IMG/VR virus record: IMGVR_UViG_3300028883_000031
Span: 1-12,173 of that record
Strand: one strand, 5' to 3'
Origin: a virus
DNA length: 12,173 bases
The notes under the pieces were generated by a model. It saw only the letters and a program-made list of their open reading frames with translations. It ran no database searches and was not told the DNA's origin. Both the position numbers and the translations under genes were made by a program. Shown here in pieces: positions 5,956-11,965 of the stretch (position 1 is its first letter; each line of letters starts with the position of its first letter).

Positions 5956-6034
5956 TTTTTAAATCCTCCAAACTATCATTTACTACTTCTCTCCATTTTT
6001 TACATAACTTTTTATCTTTATATTCTTTTGTCAT
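5924..6034 (-). CDS. Possible 36-aa ORF (MTKEYKDKKLCKKWREVVNDSLEDLKNEKRNNNQCK)
   Basis: Hand-translated. ATGA coupling to the upstream 44-aa ORF. It overlaps the next gene by 32 nt. Below the track threshold. Confidence 0.3.
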   Translation of the reverse strand: MTKEYKDKKLCKKWREVVNDSLEDLKNEKRNNNQCK

Positions 6035-6165
6035 TTTTTAATTATTAATTGAATCCATTTAGTTATAATTCCAATAATCGCTAAAAAAATAATTATTCCC
6101 AATCTTACATTAATGGATTTCAACAAAGTGTATAAGGCAAAGCCATCATTTGTTAAAGGCATCAT
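6031..6165 (-). CDS. Possible 44-aa single-pass membrane protein (MMPLTNDGFALYTLLKSINVRLGIIIFLAIIGIITKWIQLIIKK)
   Basis: Hand-translated, with a hydrophobic core GIIIFLAIIGII. AGGAGGT lies about 17 nt upstream. Confidence 0.4.
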   Translation of the reverse strand: MMPLTNDGFALYTLLKSINVRLGIIIFLAIIGIITKWIQLIIKK

Positions 6166-6238
6166 TTTCTAAATCTATAACCTCCTGTATTGTTTTACAA
6201 TGTTCGCATATATATTCAAAACTAATTTCTGTTTCCAT
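6146..6238 (-). CDS. Possible 30-aa ORF with a single CxxC (METEISFEYICEHCKTIQEVIDLENDAFNK)
   Basis: Hand-translated. It overlaps the 3' end of the RHH-like gene. Confidence 0.25.
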   Translation of the reverse strand: METEISFEYICEHCKTIQEVIDLENDAFNK

Positions 6239-6380
6239 TTCGTTTTACACTTTCTCCCTTTGTGAGCGTTAAAATAAATTTGTGCCATGGATAACTTGGG
6301 TTTCCTTTGCTTTTTTTTCTTTTTGCTTTCTTTAACTTTTTATATTCCTCGTCGGTAAAAGTAACATTTATTGTTTTCAT
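6222..6380 (-). CDS. Ribbon-helix-helix (CopG/Arc-like) DNA-binding protein candidate, 52 aa, first leaderless gene of the small-protein operon
   Basis: Hand-translated as MKTINVTFTDEEYKKLKKAKRKKSKGNPSYPWHKFILTLTKGESVKRNGNRN. The N-terminal beta-strand plus helix pattern (INVTFTDEEYKKLKK) is typical of RHH proteins. A TATA box lies 21 nt upstream. Confidence 0.5.
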   Translation of the reverse strand: MKTINVTFTDEEYKKLKKAKRKKSKGNPSYPWHKFILTLTKGESVKRNGNRN

Positions 6381-6401
6381 ATACTTACTTAGTAACTAAC
6401 C

Positions 6402-6409
6402 TTTATAAA
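6402..6409 (-). promoter_or_regulatory. TATA box TTTATAAA with BRE-like AGAAACA; promoter of the small-protein operon
   Basis: Exactly 21 nt separate it from ATG 6380. The flanks resemble the promoter at 10501..10508 (TTTATAAA..TAAC/TAGTTA..CTAAGTATATG). Confidence 0.65.
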
Positions 6410-6414
6410 TGTTT

Positions 6415-6570
6415 CTATTTTTCCAAAGCATCCATTAATTCCTTAATTCTTTTAAGCTGAGCTTCTAAATTCTCTTTTCTTTGAAGAAGCTGAGACTTTC
6501 CAAAAATAGTTCTACTCTCTTTTATCAGCGCAACATTATTATCATCAACTTTAATAATTTTTTCTTCCAT
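6415..6570 (-). CDS. Hypothetical 51-aa coiled-coil protein (MEEKIIKVDDNNVALIKESRTIFGKSQLLQRKENLEAQLKRIKELMDALEK)
   Basis: Hand-translated. A strong SD (GGAAGGAGGTG) lies 7 nt before the ATG, which directly follows the LamG gene stop (TAGATG). Confidence 0.55.
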   Translation of the reverse strand: MEEKIIKVDDNNVALIKESRTIFGKSQLLQRKENLEAQLKRIKELMDALEK

Positions 6571-7398
6571 CTAAAACACCTCCTTCCAACTATCATCTAC
6601 ATTAACATAGGCATTGGCTACTTCTTTCCATGCATCATCTACATTAACATAGGCATTAGCTACTTCTTTAAAAGAATCATTAATATTTAAAGTGATGTTT
6701 GTTCCAGTTGGAAGAGGGTCAAAAGGATAGGCCCAACCATCACCACCATTATATAAACTATCTATATCAGCATCAGAAATCTCATCATCAAAAATTCCAA
6801 ACTCATCAAGGTAGCCATTAAAATAAGTAAAGTAAGGATGTCTGTCCCTTCCCATATATGAAATATCTGAACCAGTGGGTCTACTTCTATCATCCCCTAC
6901 ATAATGCCAACTAACACTCTTCTCACTTCCATCAATCCAAATCTGATAATTTCCTTCTCCGCCATCTCCACTACCTGTAACAACTACGTGATACCATGTT
7001 CCAGTAGATAAATTAGCATCTGTTGTAATGTATTGATTATTTGAACCTGGAGTTCCAACAGAAAAATAATATTCTATTTCATCTCCTACAATAGCAATGC
7101 TTTCTCTGACTGCTGTATTATCACTTCCTTTATAATAAATCATTGTTCCATCTCCAGCAGCTCCTAAATCATCAGTATTAAACCAAAAAGAATAACCTAC
7201 TGATGCAGTGAAAGCATCTGAACCAAAAGAAATATAATCAGAATTAGCAGATTCAAAATCATAACTATCATTAATAATTCCAGTTTCTCCATAAGTGCAA
7301 CCATTAACAGAACCATCTAAAGAACCTTCTGCATCAATTAAGTCTCCACTACTCTCGTCAAATTTATAGTAGTGAGTGCAGTCATCTATTAATGCCAT
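6571..7398 (-). CDS. LamG/concanavalin-A-like lectin domain protein (275 aa from internal Met), probable receptor-binding or fibre-associated protein
   Basis: Begins ALIDDCTHYYKFDESSGDLIDAEGSLDGSVNG. Contains GTWYHVVVTGSG, YQIWIDGSEK and FNGYLDEFGIFDDEISDADIDSLY, the Laminin_G_3-type pattern. The start is set at ATG 7398, just after the fibre stop (TAAAATG). Confidence 0.75.
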   Translation of the reverse strand: MALIDDCTHYYKFDESSGDLIDAEGSLDGSVNGCTYGETGIINDSYDFESANSDYISFGSDAFTASVGYSFWFNTDDLGAAGDGTMIYYKGSDNTAVRESIAIVGDEIEYYFSVGTPGSNNQYITTDANLSTGTWYHVVVTGSGDGGEGNYQIWIDGSEKSVSWHYVGDDRSRPTGSDISYMGRDRHPYFTYFNGYLDEFGIFDDEISDADIDSLYNGGDGWAYPFDPLPTGTNITLNINDSFKEVANAYVNVDDAWKEVANAYVNVDDSWKEVF

Positions 7399-7399
7399 T

Positions 7400-8146
7400 T
7401 TAAGCTGTGTATTTAAAATAGATTGTTCCTTGGTTATAAAGATTTGCTGGTCCAGGATTGTCCTCTGTTCCAACTAAAATATTTCTACAAATAGCAGCGC
7501 CGCTTGCATCATTATCAGATAAAGTTTTAATTGTAGCACCTGAAACAGCCGCACCAGAAAAATGACCTGTTGAAGTAATATTTGTTTGGGTTAGTGTCTC
7601 TCCATGAGGGTCAGTTGTATCTACAAAATGAGCAGCACCACTTGCTAAATCTGTGTTCCAACTTCCACTAAGAGATAAAGGCAAATAATCAGCAACAACA
7701 GAACCACTTAAAGCCAAGAAGATTGGGTCTGCTTCTGCTGTAATAAAGTTCCCACTTAATGCCAAAAACACTGGGTCTGTTTCTGTATAAGATGTTAAAA
7801 AATTTCCTGATAGTGCCAAAAATATAGGGTCTGTTTCAGCAGTGAGAAATCCCCCTGATAGTGCTAAGAAAACTGGGTCTGTCTCTGCTGTTAAAAATCC
7901 ACCTGACAAAGCTAAAAAGACTGGGTCTGTTTCAGTGTAAGAAGTAATATAACCAGAATCATTTGTTAATTGTGAAATATTATCGCCTGTTTGTAGAAAT
8001 GTAGCAGTAGAACCTTTTTTAGCAGCGTCTTTAATACCTGAAAAATTAGGAATTATAATTGGTTCTCCAGTAGATAACTCTATTAAATTATCTTTTGCCA
8101 CCATAGTTGCTTCACTTGGCCGCCTTCCACTTCTAAAGTTTCCCAT
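7400..8146 (-). CDS. Fibre/receptor-binding-type structural protein with five ETDP(V/I)FLALSG repeats
   Basis: 248-aa ORF with 16-18-aa repeats YTETDPVFLALSGGFLTA and variants. E-T-D-P-V-F repeats are familiar from tail-fibre proteins. It sits immediately upstream of the LamG gene. Confidence 0.6.
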   Translation of the reverse strand: MGNFRSGRRPSEATMVAKDNLIELSTGEPIIIPNFSGIKDAAKKGSTATFLQTGDNISQLTNDSGYITSYTETDPVFLALSGGFLTAETDPVFLALSGGFLTAETDPIFLALSGNFLTSYTETDPVFLALSGNFITAEADPIFLALSGSVVADYLPLSLSGSWNTDLASGAAHFVDTTDPHGETLTQTNITSTGHFSGAAVSGATIKTLSDNDASGAAICRNILVGTEDNPGPANLYNQGTIYFKYTA

Positions 8147-8292
8147 TATCTAAAATTCCCACTCGCAAAAGTTAAATCTTCAATAGGTTTTAAAGACATA
8201 CCCTCTGGTTTTTCTTTAGTTGTTTCTGCTGTAATCCCCTCGGTAATAGGCCAATCTTCTTTTAATTCTTTTTGTCCTAATGTTTCAGCCAT
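8146..8292 (-). CDS. Hypothetical 48-aa protein (MAETLGQKELKEDWPITEGITAETTKEKPEGMSLKPIEDLTFASGNFR), leaderless first gene of the fibre operon
   Basis: Hand-translated. A TATA-like box lies 21 nt upstream. TAATG coupling to the fibre gene. Confidence 0.45.
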   Translation of the reverse strand: MAETLGQKELKEDWPITEGITAETTKEKPEGMSLKPIEDLTFASGNFR

Positions 8293-8313
8293 ACAAATTA
8301 ATAGAATTAATAG

Positions 8314-8321
8314 TTTATAAT
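8314..8321 (-). promoter_or_regulatory. TATA-like box (ATTATAAA on the minus strand) with upstream GGAAAAA
   Basis: Exactly 21 nt separate it from ATG 8292. Confidence 0.55.
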
Positions 8322-8333
8322 TTTTTCCTATTC

Positions 8334-8408
8334 TTAGCTTTCAGAATCGCCAGTGATTTCTTCAACAATTTCTTTTTCAACTTCTTTAGTTTGTTCTTCT
8401 GTCATCAT
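8334..8408 (-). CDS. Possible 24-aa acidic peptide (MMTEEQTKEVEKEIVEEITGDSES)
   Basis: TAATG overlap with the capsid gene stop. Very short, so coding status is doubtful. Confidence 0.2.
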   Translation of the reverse strand: MMTEEQTKEVEKEIVEEITGDSES

Positions 8409-9271
8409 TAACATCCAGTAGTCATACACATAGCATTAGGGTCAGTTACAATAACTTCTCCATCTTCCCATACTCTAACCTTAACACCAATGCCAGGCTC
8501 TTCTTTAGTAATTGCAGTGATAGGTGTAAATGATTTCCATGTAGCACACCTTTGAGGAACTATTTGCATAATTATTCCAGTTGTAGCATTTGGACTTGAT
8601 ACTATTCTTTGCCCTGCTAAATTCATAATTACTCCATCTTGCACCTTCTGAGTTGCAAATCCAGGAACATAAGTTCCTTTTTGTGTTATAATCCAATCAA
8701 GTAATGCTTTCTTTTGGTTTGGATGCATTAACACCACCAAGTTAGAAGTATCATAATTTCGTTGTTCTATTAAATTAGCACCTGAAAGTAAATCTCTAAC
8801 TGGATTACATGACGCAATAGTATCCCAGTCAGCAGTAGCAGCACCACTTAAAGCAACTTGTCCACTTAATACATCGTAAATTCTATAATCAATTTGATTC
8901 TGAACAGCCCTTGTTAAATCTCTCACATTAATAGCCAGCATATCTAAATCACTATCTCTAATGTCTGCATAAGTAAACCATGGAGATTCAACTGAGAAAT
9001 GTTTAACATATGAAGTGTGTCTTGTTGCTGATTGTTCAGCAATAGGAGGCAAAGCACCAAAAGCAACTTTAGATATTTGAGATGCAGTTATTCCAGTTGT
9101 ATCAGTTGAATCTAATACACCTGATGTTTTCCTATACCATCTAATCTCACGAGCACTTGTAGGAGAGTTTGCTAAAAACTTCTTGAATATAAACATTTGG
9201 TCAGCATAACCTTTAGCTAATTTGTCTACATTCAATCCACGAAGGTCAGCTTGTCCTAATGTATCTGCCAT
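8408..9271 (-). CDS. Major capsid protein, HK97 fold
   Basis: 287-aa ORF directly downstream of a DUF2190-like gene, with a scaffold-like gene further upstream. It has a long helix-like segment INVRDLTRAVQNQIDYRIYDVL and overall resembles phage major capsid proteins. Assigned by eye. Confidence 0.8.
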   Translation of the reverse strand: MADTLGQADLRGLNVDKLAKGYADQMFIFKKFLANSPTSAREIRWYRKTSGVLDSTDTTGITASQISKVAFGALPPIAEQSATRHTSYVKHFSVESPWFTYADIRDSDLDMLAINVRDLTRAVQNQIDYRIYDVLSGQVALSGAATADWDTIASCNPVRDLLSGANLIEQRNYDTSNLVVLMHPNQKKALLDWIITQKGTYVPGFATQKVQDGVIMNLAGQRIVSSPNATTGIIMQIVPQRCATWKSFTPITAITKEEPGIGVKVRVWEDGEVIVTDPNAMCMTTGC

Positions 9272-9272
9272 T

Positions 9273-9686
9273 TTATACTGCGGCTCCTATGTTTAAAGTA
9301 TATCTAAATGTTTCTCCAGCAGCAGCAGCTTCTTTAGAGATTCCAATAGTATGACTACCTGAAAGTCCTGCTGTAGCAGCTTGTAAGTGATTAGGAAAAG
9401 CAGCATCGCAACTTGAAAGAGTATCTCCAATAGCAATAGCACCTGAAGCATAAGCTCTCAATTCATCACCAGGCCCGTTAAGAACTGCTATCTGAGTATT
9501 TCCATCATCAGCAATTTTTTCAGTGTAAGCAATACCTCCAACAACATCTTCAGCTGTATCATTAGCAGCAACAGTGTTTGGGTCAGTCATCTTTAAAACT
9601 GTCCCTTTTTCAATTCCAGTGCCATCTGCGCAAGTCATAGAAGTAGGAAAAGTCTTTTGTAACATTAATACATGTTCATTAGCCAT
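9273..9686 (-). CDS. DUF2190-like head decoration/cement protein (137 aa from ATG 9686)
   Basis: Pattern GTVLKMTDPNTVAA...VVGGIAYTEKIADDGNTQIAVLNGPGDELRAYASGAIAIGDTL, located immediately before the capsid gene. The track start at 9701 is a GTG, whereas ATG 9686 lies exactly 21 nt from a TATA box. Confidence 0.6.
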   Translation of the reverse strand: MANEHVLMLQKTFPTSMTCADGTGIEKGTVLKMTDPNTVAANDTAEDVVGGIAYTEKIADDGNTQIAVLNGPGDELRAYASGAIAIGDTLSSCDAAFPNHLQAATAGLSGSHTIGISKEAAAAGETFRYTLNIGAAV

Positions 9687-9707
9687 AAAAAACTTATACA
9701 CTACAAG

Positions 9708-9715
9708 TATTTAAA
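9708..9715 (-). promoter_or_regulatory. TATA box (TTTAAATA on the minus strand) with BRE-like CAAAAGA; capsid operon promoter
   Basis: Exactly 21 nt separate it from ATG 9686. Confidence 0.65.
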
Positions 9716-9727
9716 TCTTTTGTTTTT

Positions 9728-10219
9728 TTATAATCCCTCATGATTACCCAGTGCTGTTTGAATTGGAAGGTCAGGTCTCCATCCAATACCTAAAATATTA
9801 ACATGTTCCTTATATATTGGATTTCTCCAAAACCCTAATGAAGTGTCTTTAACTAATTTCTTTGCCTTTAACATTATTCTTAATGCTGATAAATAACCTT
9901 GAACTCCAAAACCACTTCTGAAAGAATTGCCAGTTCCTTCTTCTTTAGCACCAGTATCTAACCAGGTTTCACTTGTAGGAATACCCAAAGTATTACACAT
10001 AGGGCCTACATATTCGTCAGGAATTACATACTCCCATAATTGAATAGGTCTAATTGCACCTTCTACATTTGTAATAACTTCACTTTCTATTTCTTTACCA
10101 GTATCTTTATCTATAAATTTCTTTTTAGATTTAAAAGGAAAATATTGAGACTTTAAATTTTCAATTAACTTTCTTACATGGTCTTGATGTCCTCGTGTAA
10201 TAAAATATATTCCTGCCAT
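9728..10219 (-). CDS. Hypothetical protein (163 aa) in the head module
   Basis: Clean ORF sharing base 10219 with the upstream stop (TAATG). No motif recognised, and I cannot support a protease call. Confidence 0.6.
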   Translation of the reverse strand: MAGIYFITRGHQDHVRKLIENLKSQYFPFKSKKKFIDKDTGKEIESEVITNVEGAIRPIQLWEYVIPDEYVGPMCNTLGIPTSETWLDTGAKEEGTGNSFRSGFGVQGYLSALRIMLKAKKLVKDTSLGFWRNPIYKEHVNILGIGWRPDLPIQTALGNHEGL

Positions 10220-10479
10220 TAATATTCGCCCCTCTCTATTCTATCCACATAATCCGAGGGTGTTTCTTCTTTTTTTTCAGGTTCTTCTCCTCTTTCGCTT
10301 TTTCCACCGAGAATGTTCCGAGCAGCTAACTCTTCATTTCTCTCAACTAATTCTCTCATTTGTTCAACTGCTTTTTCATTTTTCTCAGCTAACTCACGAG
10401 CTTCTTTTAAAAAATCTGCTCTTGCAGGTTTCTTAACATCTTCAGGTTTAACATCTTCTTCAGAATTTTCTGTTTCCAT
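10219..10479 (-). CDS. Scaffolding-like protein (86 aa, acidic, coiled-coil)
   Basis: Highly charged helical sequence FLKEARELAEKNEKAVEQMRELVERNEELAARNILGG, upstream of the decoration and capsid genes. Leaderless, with a TATA box 21 nt upstream. Confidence 0.5.
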   Translation of the reverse strand: METENSEEDVKPEDVKKPARADFLKEARELAEKNEKAVEQMRELVERNEELAARNILGGKSERGEEPEKKEETPSDYVDRIERGEY

Positions 10480-10500
10480 ATACTTAGTTAGTTAGTTTAG

Positions 10501-10508
10501 TTTATAAA
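10501..10508 (-). promoter_or_regulatory. TATA box TTTATAAA with BRE-like AGAAAAA
   Basis: Exactly 21 nt separate it from ATG 10479. Confidence 0.65.
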
Positions 10509-10513
10509 TTTTT

Positions 10514-10603
10514 CTATAATAAGAAAGATAAAACTTTTAAAATAAACACTCCTAAGACAGCTCCTCCAAATGCTCTCCAAAAATCAATTTCTCCGTTTCT
10601 CAT
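10514..10603 (-). CDS. Possible 29-aa membrane peptide (MRNGEIDFWRAFGGAVLGVFILKVLSFLL)
   Basis: Hand-translated. ATGA overlap with the stop of the 386-aa gene. Confidence 0.3.
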   Translation of the reverse strand: MRNGEIDFWRAFGGAVLGVFILKVLSFLL

Positions 10604-11760
10604 TTTAAGTTCACCATATTGTTTGTAGATTGATTTGTTTGAGAAGTGAAATACAGCATATCATTAGGAATTATATCTTTCTCTCCAAGCATTAAAGTAT
10701 TTTCCACAGCCCTTAAAGTTTCAGCCATGTTATTTCTTGCAGTTGCTATTTCTTGTTGTAAAACTAAATATTCTTTTGAAGATTTAAATTTAATATTTGC
10801 TATTGAACGCTGTTTTAATATAGCTTCCCATTCTTGAATTTGTTGTTGTTGTTTTTGAATAGTCATAAAAATTGTTTGTGGTGGCATTCCAGCGTCTAAG
10901 TTTCCTCTTAATTGGTCTTGTGCACTATCTACTTCAGAAACATATTGTGATGCAATATCTATTTTATCTTGACCTAAAGAAGCTGGATTAGAACCTCCTA
11001 TTATTGCACCAAATGCAGCACCACCAGCAGCTCCCATTTTTCCAGTAGCCAACTTTGCAGCACCTAAAACCTCAGCTCCACCCAGAGCACCAGCAGCTAT
11101 TAAAGCACCACCTAACATCCCAATAACTTTTGCTCCTCTTAATCTTGCCAAGTCTTTATTATCAAAACCTAAACTCTTAAACATGAAATTCTGAGAAGAT
11201 GCAAAAGGCATCTGAGCAGTTAAAACCTTAGCAATATCTCTCTCTCCTAATCCTTCTAAACCTTCTAAAAATGTTCTGGCTAATTCAGGTTGATTAATAG
11301 CCATCTCTTCTAATTCTTGTGTAAGTGGTTGAACTTGTCCCTCAACAAATTCTTCTCTTGCTATTCTTTCTTCATCAGGTAGTTCATCTGTTGTGATTAT
11401 TCCCTTTTCTAATTTTGGAAATCTTGGGTCATCTTCTGGAATGCCTGCGTTTCTTGCTCTGGCTTGTGCTAACTCTAATTTATCTTTATCTGTTTTAACA
11501 TCTTTATTTTTAAGACTTTGTTCTGCTGTTATATTTGCAGCAGTTACTCTATTCTGTTGTATTTGCTTTTGTTCTTCACTTAAATTTTTAGGGTATCTTC
11601 TTGTAGGTTTAGCTGCTTCTGTTACATTATCCAAAGTGCTCATAGGTGCAGAGCTTCCGCCACCGCTGCTTTTCTTCTTCTTTTTCTTAAAGGGATTTCC
11701 GTAATCTTTAGCCGAAGATGTGCTTACTAAATTCCCTCTCTTATCAAATACGATTGCCAT
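10600..11760 (-). CDS. Large virion protein candidate (386 aa) with a central glycine-zipper hydrophobic segment; internal/ejection or tape-measure-like
   Basis: A K6-SSGGGSS low-complexity stretch is followed by helical charged regions. A segment VIGMLGGALIAAGALGGAEVLGAAKLATGKMGAAGGAAFGAIIGG follows, then a Q-rich coiled C-terminus. It lies downstream of the portal. Function is inferred from composition only. Confidence 0.65.
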   Translation of the reverse strand: MAIVFDKRGNLVSTSSAKDYGNPFKKKKKKSSGGGSSAPMSTLDNVTEAAKPTRRYPKNLSEEQKQIQQNRVTAANITAEQSLKNKDVKTDKDKLELAQARARNAGIPEDDPRFPKLEKGIITTDELPDEERIAREEFVEGQVQPLTQELEEMAINQPELARTFLEGLEGLGERDIAKVLTAQMPFASSQNFMFKSLGFDNKDLARLRGAKVIGMLGGALIAAGALGGAEVLGAAKLATGKMGAAGGAAFGAIIGGSNPASLGQDKIDIASQYVSEVDSAQDQLRGNLDAGMPPQTIFMTIQKQQQQIQEWEAILKQRSIANIKFKSSKEYLVLQQEIATARNNMAETLRAVENTLMLGEKDIIPNDMLYFTSQTNQSTNNMVNLK

Positions 11761-11767
11761 TTTTTAT

Positions 11768-11965
11768 TTACCAGTAATGTTTTTTTCTTCCCCAATATTT
11801 AAAAAACTCTAACCCAGCCCCCACAATAATGCAGAGGAATCCGAAATAGTCTCTTGCTTGAACCATTACAACACCCGATGCTGTTAAAGCCAAAGCACAA
11901 GTGTTAATAATAGTTTCTATTATTGGTTTATGAACTCCGTTTTCTTCTATTTGTTTCTTTGTCAT
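11768..11965 (-). CDS. Small two-TM membrane protein (65 aa), holin-like by architecture only
   Basis: Hydrophobic segments IINTCALALTASGVVMV and FGFLCIIVGAGLEFF, with a basic C-terminus GRKKHYW. ATGA overlap with the portal stop. Confidence 0.55.
   Translation of the reverse strand: MTKKQIEENGVHKPIIETIINTCALALTASGVVMVQARDYFGFLCIIVGAGLEFFKYWGRKKHYW

Noticed and set aside
6481-6690. Track ORF 6481..6690(+), 69 aa
   Set aside because: It is antisense to the LamG C-terminal repeat and to the 51-aa gene. Its repetitive sequence is just the complement of the 42-bp tandem repeat.
7399-7473. N-terminal extensions of the LamG ORF (to 7473) and of the paralogue ORF (5529..5567)
   Set aside because: The extensions overlap the preceding genes. 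The internal Met codons sit directly after the upstream stops (TAAAATG and ATGA), and at 5528 the Met is preceded by an SD.
6574-7939. Repeats in the fibre and LamG genes as template/variable repeats of a diversity-generating retroelement
   Set aside because: There is no reverse transcriptase gene, no non-coding template copy, and no adenine-specific mismatch pattern between copies.
8505-8696. Track ORF 8505..8696(-), 63 aa
   Set aside because: It is an alternative frame inside the major capsid gene, with no independent start signal.
9687-9701. GTG start at 9701 for the decoration gene (MYKFF extension)
   Set aside because: It would lie only about 6 nt from the TATA box. ATG 9686 sits at the same 21-nt distance seen at the other promoters.
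3509-10508. Reading the AT-rich boxes as bacterial -10 elements (phage of a low-GC bacterium)
   Set aside because: A box 21 nt from the ATG with no SD in between fits neither sigma-70 geometry nor a bacterial leaderless -10 placement about 7 nt from the start. Only the fixed archaeal-type spacing fits. A bacterial host is still not formally excluded without host evidence.
10313-11704. Track ORFs 10313..10495(+), 10646..10837(+) and 11393..11704(+)
   Set aside because: They are antisense to the scaffold-like and 386-aa genes. Their Ser/Phe/Leu-rich composition is typical of reverse-frame artefacts in AT-rich coding DNA.
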